A DNA stretch of 64,000 bases from a virus: IMG/VR virus record IMGVR_UViG_3300025872_000037, positions 32,001 through 96,000 of that record; one strand, given 5' to 3'. The notes beneath the pieces were generated by a model. It made no database searches and was not told where the DNA came from. It was given only the letters and a program-made list of their open reading frames with translations. Position numbers and translations under genes: made by a program. Position 1 is the first letter of the stretch, and every line of letters starts with the position of its first letter. Positions 45,806 through 55,554 of the stretch are shown in pieces.

Positions 45806-46075
45806 ATGGGATCATCATCCTCTTACGGCTACGACAAACACTACGCCCAGCAACGTGCAATCGCCGCGGATCGTTTATGGACGGGCGTAAACTCGATCTC
45901 TGACGACCATGCCTATGTAGCAGCGCTCGCATTGGATCAGATGAAATGGAAACTGAACAAACTACATCTGACTCGCGAGGAGTACGACGAGTGGCGTGGA
46001 TTCATTGATGCGCTCAGTAGAGTTCTGCCGGAATCACGCGCAGTCATCAATCTTCAGCAACGTTCTCGTAAGTAA
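45806..46075 (+). CDS. hypothetical protein
   Basis: ORF flanked by dyad motifs. Confidence 0.55.
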   Translation: MGSSSSYGYDKHYAQQRAIAADRLWTGVNSISDDHAYVAALALDQMKWKLNKLHLTREEYDEWRGFIDALSRVLPESRAVINLQQRSRK

Positions 46076-46401
46076 TTGCTAGTCAGTGGCTTAGCCCGTT
46101 TTGTAAGTCGTTGGTGCTCAGCAAGATAAAGGCTATCAAAAACCTATACAGATTGCTGGAAATAGTGTAGAATATCTGCAGAATGAAACTTGAATACCAC
46201 AACTACTGGTTCTTGATTCGCGGCGGAGATCGTCCGATTTCGCTCGACTTCAAGGCGATCAGTCTAGACGCTGCTCGTGCTGATATCTATGCCGCCTACG
46301 GTGAGGATGTCGAGATCATTACCTGCGGGCGCTACTGAGCACCAACGGGTTACGTGATTTTCTCTCCTATCTTTTTATCTAAAACCTGTTAAGATTTCTA
46401 A

Positions 46402-46854
46402 ATGATGAATGCTACTGCTACCAAGGTCTGGAACGAACTGCAAGCTCAGTTTCCGAATCACTTCGAGTTCAAGCGTAAGACGCTGCACGATGTTGCCGCC
46501 AAGCTCGGTTACGGCACGCCTCAGTACAAGGATCTGATCGCTGACGAGTTCAAGGTCCGCAAGGGTCTCTACAACTATGCGTCTCTGCGCCCTGATCTCA
46601 CCGGCAAGGTGACTGAGAAGCCTGCGACGCTGTCGCTCGCCAAGAAGATCGAAAAGGAAGTCAAGAAGACTAAGAAAGTCAAGTCGGACAAGACTTGGCA
46701 AGGCAAGAAGATCATTGACGCAGACGGTGACTTTCTGGTTGTCGAAACCAAGTCCGAGCCGAATACCGGCACTGTCTATGCCGAGCGCGATGGCGTCGGT
46801 TACTGCTACCGCAACGGCGAGGTGGTTCACACCTTCAACCGCAGCGCGAAGTAA
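46402..46854 (+). CDS. hypothetical early protein
   Basis: ATGATG start after a promoter-like cassette. Confidence 0.7.
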   Translation: MMNATATKVWNELQAQFPNHFEFKRKTLHDVAAKLGYGTPQYKDLIADEFKVRKGLYNYASLRPDLTGKVTEKPATLSLAKKIEKEVKKTKKVKSDKTWQGKKIIDADGDFLVVETKSEPNTGTVYAERDGVGYCYRNGEVVHTFNRSAK

Positions 46855-46859
46855 TCGCC

Positions 46860-47093
46860 ATGGCTACCAAGCGAACGTTCTCCATTCCAGTCATCTGGAC
46901 GATGACTGGTTATGTTCGAGTGCAAGCAGAGAATCTCGAGGATGCGATTGATGCGACAATGGAAGCACCTTTACCTCTTGATGGTGACTATCTCGAGGAC
47001 TCTTTTGAGATTGACTACAGCGAGATTTCTCATTTTAATACTCTCACACCTGATGAAAAGGCGCAGGTAACTAAGGAAATGTATGGAAGATAA
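46860..47093 (+). CDS. hypothetical protein
   Basis: V.AENLEDAI motif common in small phage proteins. Confidence 0.65.
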   Translation: MATKRTFSIPVIWTMTGYVRVQAENLEDAIDATMEAPLPLDGDYLEDSFEIDYSEISHFNTLTPDEKAQVTKEMYGR

Positions 47094-47313
47094 GATACCT
47101 ACAGGTTCGATCTTTGAGAAGATCGGTATTATTCTCACTGCACTTGCAGCGGTTTTCTTCGTAAGTTTAGTTCTTGCGTTACCCGTAATGCTGCTGTGGA
47201 ATAGTACTATGCCCGATCTGTTCAAGATCTCGCCTATTGACTGGTGGACAGCATGGAAACTGATGATGCTTTCTACTTTCCTTTGCAATCGTTTTACATT
47301 TTCTTCTAAGTAA
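47083..47313 (+). CDS. small membrane protein (paralog of 16229..16453)
   Basis: ALPVMLLWNSTMPDLF...WWTAWK. Confidence 0.7.
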   Translation: MEDKIPTGSIFEKIGIILTALAAVFFVSLVLALPVMLLWNSTMPDLFKISPIDWWTAWKLMMLSTFLCNRFTFSSK

Positions 47314-48413
47314 TGAAACTACCCACTTTGTATTCTCGCACCTCAACTGGTGCGGTGCAGGAATGGACCATTGAGATCAATGGTGACAAGTACCGCACGA
47401 CTTATGGCCAAACTGATGGCAAGAAGCAGACGACAGAGTGGACAATAGCTAAGCCCACTAACGTCGGGCGTTCTAACGAGCGTGATGGCGCTGCGCAAGC
47501 AGAGTTCGAAGCTCGTGCTGTCTGGAAGAAGCGTACTGAGCGCGGTTACTACGAGGATGTCGCTGACATTGACAAGCCGCCTTTCATTGAGCCGATGCTA
47601 GCTCAGAAGTATGAGGATCGCAAGGACGAGATCGTCTTCCCTGTCTGGAGTCAGCCGAAGCTCGATGGCATTCGGTGTATCTGTACTCGTCAGGGTATGT
47701 TCAGCCGTAATGGCAAGAAGATCGTTTCTGCTCCACATATTCACGCATCGCTGCAGTCATTCTTTGACAAGCATCCGGATGTTATTCTGGACGGTGAGCT
47801 GTATGCTGACAAGCTTGCTAATGACTTCAACAAGATCTGCTCGCTCGTCAAGAAGCAAAAGCCTACCGAAGCTGACCTCAAGGAATCAGCACGAGCAATC
47901 GAATACCACATCTACGATATAGTAGATACTGGAATGACGTTCTCAGAACGCTACCGCTGGCTTGAAGCAAATCTGCCTTTCGGTGATCGGAATAAGCAAA
48001 TTCGGCTGGTTATGACTGTAGAGGTGGTGCACGAGAAAGAGCTCGATCATATCTACGGCAGTTACATTGAGGATGGTTATGAAGGCCAGATGGTTCGCGT
48101 AGATGCTCCGTACGAGCAGAAGCGCTCGAAGAATCTGCTCAAGCGCAAGGAGTTTCAGGACGCAGAGTATCAGATCAATGAGATCGGCGAAGGCGAAGGC
48201 AACCGTACCGGTATGGCTGGATTTGCGATACTTGAGAACAAAGACGGTAGTCTGTTTCGCTCGAACATCAAGGGTAGCCATGAGTTCCTTGCTGAACTGT
48301 GGAATGACCGCGAGCGCGTCATCGGTCAGAAAGCTACCGTGCAATTCTTTAATCTGACACCTGATGGTGTTCCGCGTTTTCCCTATGTCATCGCAATCCG
48401 CAACTATGAATAA
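47313..48413 (+). CDS. ATP-dependent DNA ligase
   Basis: QPKLDGIR, LDGELY, GYEGQM, KRS.NLLKRK, PRFP. Confidence 0.93.
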   Translation: MKLPTLYSRTSTGAVQEWTIEINGDKYRTTYGQTDGKKQTTEWTIAKPTNVGRSNERDGAAQAEFEARAVWKKRTERGYYEDVADIDKPPFIEPMLAQKYEDRKDEIVFPVWSQPKLDGIRCICTRQGMFSRNGKKIVSAPHIHASLQSFFDKHPDVILDGELYADKLANDFNKICSLVKKQKPTEADLKESARAIEYHIYDIVDTGMTFSERYRWLEANLPFGDRNKQIRLVMTVEVVHEKELDHIYGSYIEDGYEGQMVRVDAPYEQKRSKNLLKRKEFQDAEYQINEIGEGEGNRTGMAGFAILENKDGSLFRSNIKGSHEFLAELWNDRERVIGQKATVQFFNLTPDGVPRFPYVIAIRNYE

Positions 48414-48633
48414 GACACCATCAGTTACCGATCAGCCTATTTTCAAGCCTAAGATGGTCGGGCGTGAAGTCATCATGGAGGACATCATTGCTGCCCATAT
48501 TGCTTTCTATGAAACGTTAGAAAAACGTGGAATTAAGTTTGCATCGAGAGAGGAAGATGATAGATTCTATGATAGCATGAGGCTCTTCCTAGAGGAGAGT
48601 TTTAATTGGCCCGATTATGGCAACTACAACTAA
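48406..48633 (+). CDS. hypothetical protein
   Basis: Coupled ORF. Confidence 0.55.
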   Translation: MNKTPSVTDQPIFKPKMVGREVIMEDIIAAHIAFYETLEKRGIKFASREEDDRFYDSMRLFLEESFNWPDYGNYN

Positions 48634-48841
48634 CAAATACCAACTCACACTTGACGACGAAGCTGCAGATCGCATCGTAATCTGTTCTTTGCGCGAGTCA
48701 ATTGACACACTCGAGCGCAGCATTAATAAGATTACAAGCCGCAAGAAGCTGACTGCATACGACAGAATGGCGCTCGTGGAAGAAATGGATGATCTATCTG
48801 CGCTGCAGAAGGTGTATAATTACTACGGAGGCAATCTATGA
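48617..48841 (+). CDS. hypothetical protein
   Basis: Coupled ORF. Confidence 0.6.
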   Translation: MATTTNKYQLTLDDEAADRIVICSLRESIDTLERSINKITSRKKLTAYDRMALVEEMDDLSALQKVYNYYGGNL

Positions 48842-49422
48842 GCCCAGAACTAGACAAGAAACTCTGCGAGAAATATCCTAAGATTTTTATCAATCGCAGC
48901 AAGTCACCACAGGAGTCTTGTATGTCCTGGGGCTTTGAGGTCGGCGATGGTTGGTACGATCTGCTAGATACTCTTTGCGAGGCATTGACATACACCTACA
49001 ATACCTCTGTTGAGGTTGATGAAGAAGATGGCAAGCTATTTGGTATTACTCCGTACAACCATCTTATGGGTAAGCAGAGTTACTATTATCGAGTTGAAGC
49101 ACCTCAGGTTGTTGCAGATCAAGTTAAAGAAAAGTTTGGTAGCTTGCGCTTTTACTATCATCTAGAATTTGATAAAGAAAATGCTCGTCTAGAAGAAAAG
49201 TATCCTGATCTTAAAGAGGTCAACAAGCGGTATAGAGATTATATAGATGGTGTAGTTCACTTTGCAGAGATTGCATCTGCGAGAACTTGTGAAGTTACTG
49301 GTGCTCCCGGCCAGCTTCATGTCCGCAATGGCTGGTTTAAGGCATTGAATACCGAGGTTGCAAAGACAGAAGCATATGCTGACTACAAGCCATACATTCC
49401 AAGTAAATATGAAGAAGCTTAA
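48838..49422 (+). CDS. conserved phage protein (GDGW...QVKEKFG.LRFY family)
   Basis: Recurrent phage motif. Confidence 0.75.
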   Translation: MSPELDKKLCEKYPKIFINRSKSPQESCMSWGFEVGDGWYDLLDTLCEALTYTYNTSVEVDEEDGKLFGITPYNHLMGKQSYYYRVEAPQVVADQVKEKFGSLRFYYHLEFDKENARLEEKYPDLKEVNKRYRDYIDGVVHFAEIASARTCEVTGAPGQLHVRNGWFKALNTEVAKTEAYADYKPYIPSKYEEA

Positions 49423-49771
49423 GATCGAAAAGAAACACTTGGCGGACATCGAGTTTGTCCGCGCAATGATTGACCACCACAATAAGTATACCGATATTCT
49501 GGTAGATCGTATCGCGCAGCGCATAGGTATTACCAGCGAGCAAGAAAAAGAAATTCTTTCGGATCATGTCTATAACGGATCAGATTGGACAGTCGAGATC
49601 ATCGAGGATCAGAAATGAGTAACGGCAAAGGATCTAAACCGCGGCCATTTAGCGTTTCGCAAGATGCCTTTGCTGCTAATTGGGATTCAATTTTTGGGGT
49701 GAAGGATAAGTCTGTACCTTCTACCCAACACACAGACACACAGACACAACCCAAAAAGAAAAGGAAAAACA

Positions 49772-50002
49772 ATGGCTAATACTGGTAAAAATGCTTACGA
49801 GATTCGTCTCGAGGTTCTTCAGCTCGCTGTCGCACAGGCTGACAGCGCGTACTTCACTCAACTTGATCTTGCCCGTCACCTCGCTGGTGATGGCAAGGGA
49901 TACGAGATCCCAGAGGACAAGCGCGTCCGTGAGGCTCTCAAGATCGCCAAGAAGCTCTACGCTTTCGTAGAGGGTGAAGGTGAAGGCGAAGATACCGAAT
50001 AA
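49772..50002 (+). CDS. hypothetical protein (KNAYEIRLEVL family)
   Basis: Motif common in T4-like phages. Confidence 0.7.
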   Translation: MANTGKNAYEIRLEVLQLAVAQADSAYFTQLDLARHLAGDGKGYEIPEDKRVREALKIAKKLYAFVEGEGEGEDTE

Positions 50003-50013
50003 TACTTTGCGCC

Positions 50014-51015
50014 CTACTGTAAGGTAGGCGCAGATGGTGGAGGTGAAGGCGGAGGTACCGTTGTTGGTGCTTCCGCCTTTTTCTTTGCAAAGTGTGGTTT
50101 GCCCTTCGGATCTAATAGCACCATTGCAAGCACGCCCAATCCCATCACTGTCGCAACAACCCAGAACGGAATTGTGGCAGCGACATATGACAGGCCAAGC
50201 ATTGCAATACCAGAGACAATAAACGTCGGTGATTTCATCAGGAATCCGATCAGCAGCAGTAGAATACCCACGCCCAGCAGTGCCTTAACAATCCATCCGA
50301 CCATCTCAAGACGCTGCTTTTCTTTTGCAATCTCGACAGCATCTTTAGCTTCTTTAAGCATTCGTTCACGTTCTGCAGCTTGTTCTTCCTGAATCTTTTT
50401 TAGCGCAGTCGCTTGATCCATACGAAGCTTTACCTTTTCTGCTTCCTTCTTCTTGACAAGCGCATCGGCTTCCTCATAGCGTTTAGCAGCAGCTTGCGCC
50501 TCTTTGGTTTTTGCTTCGTACTTCTTTGTAATATCGACGAGTTCCTTCTTAACATCTTCCAGTATTTCTGCATCGATTGCTTTCTTCTTAGGATCAGGCA
50601 CTGGCATTAGCATTTCCGCGTTTTCCTTGGCCTTGAGATTTGCAATCAGTACTCGCTTGTCGAGACCTACTACCTCTTCTGTAGCAGAAATGATGCCGTA
50701 GTTGATCTCTGAAATCTTGTCGAAATTCTCGTTGTCTACCTTTTCGCGTGCTGCATAAGCCGCTGCTAACTCCTGGCGAAACTTTTCGTATTGTGCCTCG
50801 AGTGCTCTGCGCGCTTCAGCTTCGCGCCGAGCAATTTCTGTCATACGATCCACTGCGCCTGCTGTTGCCGTTGCGCCTGCGACAGTACCCGAGGTGTCGC
50901 CATTATTCTTATTGAGTCGATCACCTAGCGACCCTATCTTACTTCCTAAACCCATCAGCATTTGGCAACCAGTGAGCAAAAATAGTAAAGGTAATACTGC
51001 AAGTAATCGCATCAT
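50014..51015 (-). CDS. lipoprotein with long coiled coil and C-terminal TM helices
   Basis: Lipobox LLTGC; about 200-aa coiled coil; three hydrophobic segments. Confidence 0.75.
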   Translation of the reverse strand: MMRLLAVLPLLFLLTGCQMLMGLGSKIGSLGDRLNKNNGDTSGTVAGATATAGAVDRMTEIARREAEARRALEAQYEKFRQELAAAYAAREKVDNENFDKISEINYGIISATEEVVGLDKRVLIANLKAKENAEMLMPVPDPKKKAIDAEILEDVKKELVDITKKYEAKTKEAQAAAKRYEEADALVKKKEAEKVKLRMDQATALKKIQEEQAAERERMLKEAKDAVEIAKEKQRLEMVGWIVKALLGVGILLLLIGFLMKSPTFIVSGIAMLGLSYVAATIPFWVVATVMGLGVLAMVLLDPKGKPHFAKKKAEAPTTVPPPSPPPSAPTLQ

Positions 51016-51022
51016 TCCGAGC

Positions 51023-51034
51023 TATTTATAAATA
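51023..51034. promoter_or_regulatory. overlapping divergent late promoters
   Basis: Palindrome TATTTATAAATA contains TATAAATA on both strands, between divergent ORFs. Confidence 0.75.
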
Positions 51035-51041
51035 GACCCAC

Positions 51042-51617
51042 ATGGAGAATATTGCTAAAAGTGAATGCGGCAGAGTCCATGGGCCTAATTGGCTCAAATG
51101 GATAGGACATCTTAAGGGTAAGCCCAACATTGTTGGCATGGAACTTGGCACTTTTCAGGGTGATTCTGCTCAATGGTTTCTTGACAACATCTTTACTGAC
51201 CCTACTAGCAAGTATATCTGTGTTGATCCATTCACAGGATCAGTCGAGCATTCTATCGCAAGAATTGACTGCACGAAGAACGAGTCAATCACCCGCGAAA
51301 AGCTCAAGCAATATTCTAATGTCGTCATTCATACAGAGTATTCAAATCAGCTGCTCTGGGGTAGCAATCTCCAGCTTGATTTTGTTTACATCGATGCTGC
51401 GCACGATGCAATGAACGTGCTACGCGATGCAGTACTTTCATTTGAAATACTAAGGCCGGGTGGCGTGATAGTATTTGATGACTACAGCTGGCGCGTAATG
51501 CCGCGAGACATTGATTGCCCAGGAGTAGCAATTGATGCATTTGCCACGTGCTATGCGGATCACATCGAATTTCTAGGAAAAGGATCGCAATACGCGATTC
51601 GCAAACTCAATAAATAA
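51042..51617 (+). CDS. class I SAM-dependent methyltransferase (Methyltransf_24-like)
   Basis: ELGTFQGDS, CVDP, DFVYIDAAH, LRPGGVIVFDDY. Confidence 0.9.
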   Translation: MENIAKSECGRVHGPNWLKWIGHLKGKPNIVGMELGTFQGDSAQWFLDNIFTDPTSKYICVDPFTGSVEHSIARIDCTKNESITREKLKQYSNVVIHTEYSNQLLWGSNLQLDFVYIDAAHDAMNVLRDAVLSFEILRPGGVIVFDDYSWRVMPRDIDCPGVAIDAFATCYADHIEFLGKGSQYAIRKLNK

Positions 51618-51623
51618 ATCACT

Positions 51624-51878
51624 ATGGTCGCTACAATTCTTAAAGTACTTGCCGCAGAAACTTCTGTTGGAACCGCTGGATCCACGCTAAATGGTCATCA
51701 GCTTATTCGCGTTTACAATAGCACTGCGAGCGATGTTTTGGTCACAATTAAAAATGCATCGGATGTTACTACTGGTAGCTTTACGCTAAAGACTTACACC
51801 GAAGCATTTGTTCGCAAAATGCCTGCCGAAAGCATTTCTGCTTCTGCCACAATTAAAATGGCTCCGGTTTCTTTCTAA
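51624..51878 (+). CDS. small beta-rich protein, possibly structural
   Basis: Late-like context. Confidence 0.6.
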   Translation: MVATILKVLAAETSVGTAGSTLNGHQLIRVYNSTASDVLVTIKNASDVTTGSFTLKTYTEAFVRKMPAESISASATIKMAPVSF

Positions 51879-51879
51879 T

Positions 51880-52470
51880 ATGGCAGCCGACAAAAATTAC
51901 GAGTCGCACGCTGGAGAAAACGGCACTGTGATTGAGAACCGCGTCTTTCCAGATACTGGAATCAACGCACTTGATTACTCAGATATTCTGAAGTTCTCGA
52001 ATAGCACAAACTGTGTTGTCGAGGGCTGCACAATTCATGGCGGCAAGGAAGATTGTATCGATGTGGTGCGTGGCTCAAACTACAAGATCTTCAACACCAC
52101 TCTGATTCCGTTTCATAATGGAATCACGCTGAAGGGATCAATTGATGGTGTGCTGCTCGACAACGTGCTATTTGATGGTCATGGAAAAGACTGCGATATC
52201 GACATTGGTCAGTTTGACAATTACTGGTGGATCGGTCGTGCACCTACTCGCAACGTCACACTCAATAATCTTAAGTCCACGGATGGCAAGCCAGTGATCG
52301 TTCGTCTTTGGGATGCAGCTGTTCCAACTATCACGAATTCAAACGTGAAGATCATTAAGGTGCCGAAGCTGCTTTGGTGGCCATACTTTGTCTTCCGTGC
52401 TGCTCAGACGCGCGGATATAAGAACGTTGCAAAGCCAGTAGATTCAACTACCTTCATCAAGACCAAGTGA
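51880..52470 (+). CDS. right-handed beta-helix (pectin-lyase-like) protein
   Basis: NCVVEGCTIHGGKEDCIDV repeats. Confidence 0.65.
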   Translation: MAADKNYESHAGENGTVIENRVFPDTGINALDYSDILKFSNSTNCVVEGCTIHGGKEDCIDVVRGSNYKIFNTTLIPFHNGITLKGSIDGVLLDNVLFDGHGKDCDIDIGQFDNYWWIGRAPTRNVTLNNLKSTDGKPVIVRLWDAAVPTITNSNVKIIKVPKLLWWPYFVFRAAQTRGYKNVAKPVDSTTFIKTK

Positions 52471-53216
52471 ACATTCAGGTTCTGATCCTCGCCTTTAACG
52501 AGGAAACTATATTACCCTACACGCTGCGGCACTACCGCACGTTTGCAGACAAGATACTAGTTTACGATGCATTCTCGACAGACAATAGCCGTAACATCTG
52601 TCGAGAATACGGAGCAATAGTGCAGGATTGGAAGACTGATGGTCTAAATGATGCGGTAGCAAAGCATATCAAGAATACCGGCTGGATCAATAACCACAAG
52701 TCAGACTGGGTAATTTGTGTAGATGCAGATGAGCTGATCTACTTTCCAAAGGGTGTTCAGTATACGCTCGAGCAGTACGATTCGCAAAAGCTAGGTGTGA
52801 TCAAGCCATATGGATTTGAGATGTTCAGCGAAACAATGCCCACTACATCTGGTCAGATTTACGATGAGATCAAGATGGGTGGTCGCGATGATAAGTGGTA
52901 TGGAAAGCCAGTACTGTTCTCGCCCAGACGACTACGCAGCATAGATTTTTCTGCAGGTGCTCATACCTGCACTTGGATCGACATTGATGGAAATGATCGG
53001 CAGTGTCCATCACCAGAGGTTGAACCACCAACATACTTATTGCATTATCACCACATCGGGCCAATCGAAAGAATTGCAGCGCGTTATGACGCCACTCGTG
53101 CTCGTCTATCTAAAACAAATGTGGACAATAAGTGGGGAAATTTTGACCCTGGAATAAAACACGCGCAAGATAAGCGTAAAGCAATAAGCAAAACGCTCCA
53201 TCAGGTAATAGCCTAG
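52467..53216 (+). CDS. GT2-like glycosyltransferase
   Basis: FNEE..LP, YD..STD.S, WVICVDADE. Confidence 0.88.
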   Translation: MNIQVLILAFNEETILPYTLRHYRTFADKILVYDAFSTDNSRNICREYGAIVQDWKTDGLNDAVAKHIKNTGWINNHKSDWVICVDADELIYFPKGVQYTLEQYDSQKLGVIKPYGFEMFSETMPTTSGQIYDEIKMGGRDDKWYGKPVLFSPRRLRSIDFSAGAHTCTWIDIDGNDRQCPSPEVEPPTYLLHYHHIGPIERIAARYDATRARLSKTNVDNKWGNFDPGIKHAQDKRKAISKTLHQVIA

Positions 53217-53430
53217 GTAATAGCTCAAGAATCTATAAATATGGATGACGCCTCACCCAGCGTCACCTTTATGGATTCAAAATCTCCAGCTGAAGAAAGA
53301 GCAAAGAAAATAGCAATTCAGTCGATTGCCTATCAAGGCGACCGAGTGTTAGATGCTATCTATGCTCTTGTGATTGGCGCAGCAATGGGATTTACTTTGG
53401 GTTTTATGGTTTCAGCATTACTTACCTAAT

Positions 53431-53691
53431 ATGAGCGCAAACGAAGATCCTATTTTTGATTTTGGATTTACAGCAGTTGACGAGAACGAACTGGAGGTCA
53501 CAAAGCAAGTTGATGTGGCGTACCAGCGCGTTGCCGAGCACGAGGACAAGCTTAATCGGCTTTATAATGCAATACTTCCTCTCCTACAGAATCTAAAGAA
53601 GAACCCAGAAAAGGAATACATTAAGTGGCCTAATCGCGTCAAGAAGGTAGAGGAGTTTGAGACATTCATCGCCAAGATCATCACTGAATGA
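53431..53691 (+). CDS. conserved T4-like protein
   Basis: FDFGFTAVDE; LKKNPEKEYI.WPNR. Confidence 0.75.
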   Translation: MSANEDPIFDFGFTAVDENELEVTKQVDVAYQRVAEHEDKLNRLYNAILPLLQNLKKNPEKEYIKWPNRVKKVEEFETFIAKIITE

Positions 53692-53972
53692 ACTTCGAGA
53701 CCTTCAAGTCAATAATGGATTTGGGCTTCTCGGTAGCCGCAGTGGCTGTCGGCGGAGTCTTCATAGTGATCTTACTGAAGTACATCCTGGCCGGAGTTGT
53801 TTCAGATGTGGAATCGCTCAACGGTCTGGCTACGATGTTGAACAATCGTATTCGTACCATGAATAACGATCTGATTAGGATTGACGCTCTTGTATCCTCG
53901 CGCTTTGGTCTGAGAGTCGATCTAGAAAGATTGGCGCGTACTGACGGAAAGACCGATGCAAGAAGAGATTAA
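53688..53972 (+). CDS. membrane protein (TM + coiled coil)
   Basis: NRIRTMNNDLIRID; paralog of the next ORF. Confidence 0.75.
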   Translation: MNFETFKSIMDLGFSVAAVAVGGVFIVILLKYILAGVVSDVESLNGLATMLNNRIRTMNNDLIRIDALVSSRFGLRVDLERLARTDGKTDARRD

Positions 53973-54312
53973 TACTTTTAAAAATGCAGTAAACCAATAC
54001 GGCCTGCCCATCATGGCTGCGGGCGGCATGGGATACTTCATTTACTTCGTCTGGAAATTTGTGACTGAAAATATCAACTCGAAGCTATCAGAAGCAAAGA
54101 AAACGATGATTGCTCTGATCGATAGAATCCGTATGCTCGATAACGATCTGATTCGTCTTGAGCAAAAGATCAATACTGCTATCGAGGTACAACGCGGCGA
54201 AAATCCAATAAGCCGCACAAACCCTCCAATACCAAAACCGGATGAAACAAAACCGCAACCAGTCATCAGACACGTGGATGCTTCTAACTCTAGCAATAAT
54301 CCTGTTTCTTAG
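53956..54312 (+). CDS. membrane protein (TM + coiled coil)
   Basis: GLPI.AA.GMGYFIYFVW; LIDRIRMLDNDLIRL. Confidence 0.75.
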   Translation: MQEEINTFKNAVNQYGLPIMAAGGMGYFIYFVWKFVTENINSKLSEAKKTMIALIDRIRMLDNDLIRLEQKINTAIEVQRGENPISRTNPPIPKPDETKPQPVIRHVDASNSSNNPVS

Positions 54313-54742
54313 CATAATGCCATCTTGTGTCCGTGGATCGGACATGGTGCATTCGTTTAAGTCTCCAGCATTCAACGGTATCGGGTATTCATCTCATGTT
54401 TTTACTCAGGAGAATTTAGCACGTACTCGAAAGCAGACAATTAAGGACGTTGCGAAGGCAGAGGCAGAAAATCTTAAGCTTGCAGGGCAGAATACTCCGC
54501 TGAATAACTTCATCGTTAATCTTCAGGCAAGAATCTACTCGCAGCTTGCATCTCAGGTTACCGACGAGATCTTCAATGCATCGGGTGCTACTTTTGGCGT
54601 TATCAATTTGCAAGGTGGAGCAACAGTAACATGGAATAGAGCAGGGGATTTTGTCACTCTGTACATCGTCGATCCTTCTACAGGAAATACGACTTCAATT
54701 CAGGTGCCAGTAGGATCGCTAGGCACTCCTCCAAACGGATGA
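54242..54742 (+). CDS. csgF: curli assembly protein CsgF-like
   Basis: Signal peptide; FKSPAFNG.GYSSH; F..NLQARIYSQL; T.IQVP; directly upstream of csgG. Confidence 0.8.
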   Translation: MKQNRNQSSDTWMLLTLAIILFLSIMPSCVRGSDMVHSFKSPAFNGIGYSSHVFTQENLARTRKQTIKDVAKAEAENLKLAGQNTPLNNFIVNLQARIYSQLASQVTDEIFNASGATFGVINLQGGATVTWNRAGDFVTLYIVDPSTGNTTSIQVPVGSLGTPPNG

Positions 54743-55554
54743 TACGAGCGCTGATAGCAATTACGCTGGGGCTGTCTTTAGTTGGCTGTGGCTCGCTGCC
54801 GAGATCGCCGCGCATTATCGAAGCGCCGTTGGCTCAACAGTCACCATTGCAGAAGCAACTCAATTCTCTGCCAACAATGGATGGCAGCCGAATCACGATT
54901 GCTGTCTATACATTTGCTGACAAGACTGGACAGAGAAAAACAGTTGATCAGTATGCATCCTTTTCTTCGGCCGTTACTCAAGGTGCAGAATCATGGTTGA
55001 TCGATGCACTCAGAATTGCAGGACAGGGCAAGTGGTTTCAGGTTCTAGAACGCGCATCTCTGGACAATCTTATCAAGGAACGGCAGTTGATCGCGCAGAC
55101 ACGAGAATCCTTCTTCGGTAAAGAGGCCGAAAAACTATCACCACTACTTTTTGCGGGAATCATCGCAGAAGGCGGGATTATCGGATACGACACTAACGTA
55201 CTGACAGGAGGAGCCGGTGCCAGCTTACTTGGAATCTCTGGTAGCACTCAGTACCGCAAAGATGTAGTTACTGTTTCGCTTCGATTCATTTCAGTTCAAA
55301 CTGGCGAGGTCCTACTGTCTGTGGCTGTCACAAAGACAATCACAAGTGTCGCGACCTCCGGAAACCTTTTTAAGTTTTATGAGCATGGAGTAACTCCCGC
55401 AGAATCGGAAATTGGCCTGACTGCAAACGAACCCAACACAATTGCGGTTCGCAGTGCTATTGACCAGGCTGTGATTGAAATCATATATCAGGGAGCCAAA
55501 ACTGGATTATGGAAATTCGTCACAGCTAACAACCAACCCACAACCGACAAATGA
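54739..55554 (+). CDS. csgG: curli secretion channel CsgG/HfaB family lipoprotein
   Basis: Lipobox LVGC; AVY.F.DKTGQ; AVTQGA; F.VLER..L.NL.KERQ; GGIIGYD. Confidence 0.93.
   Translation: MIRALIAITLGLSLVGCGSLPRSPRIIEAPLAQQSPLQKQLNSLPTMDGSRITIAVYTFADKTGQRKTVDQYASFSSAVTQGAESWLIDALRIAGQGKWFQVLERASLDNLIKERQLIAQTRESFFGKEAEKLSPLLFAGIIAEGGIIGYDTNVLTGGAGASLLGISGSTQYRKDVVTVSLRFISVQTGEVLLSVAVTKTITSVATSGNLFKFYEHGVTPAESEIGLTANEPNTIAVRSAIDQAVIEIIYQGAKTGLWKFVTANNQPTTDK

Noticed and set aside
53241-53270. ATG at 53241 as the start of the small membrane ORF
   Set aside because: It overlaps the TATAAATA late promoter (53234-53241), so the downstream ATG at 53271 is more plausible.
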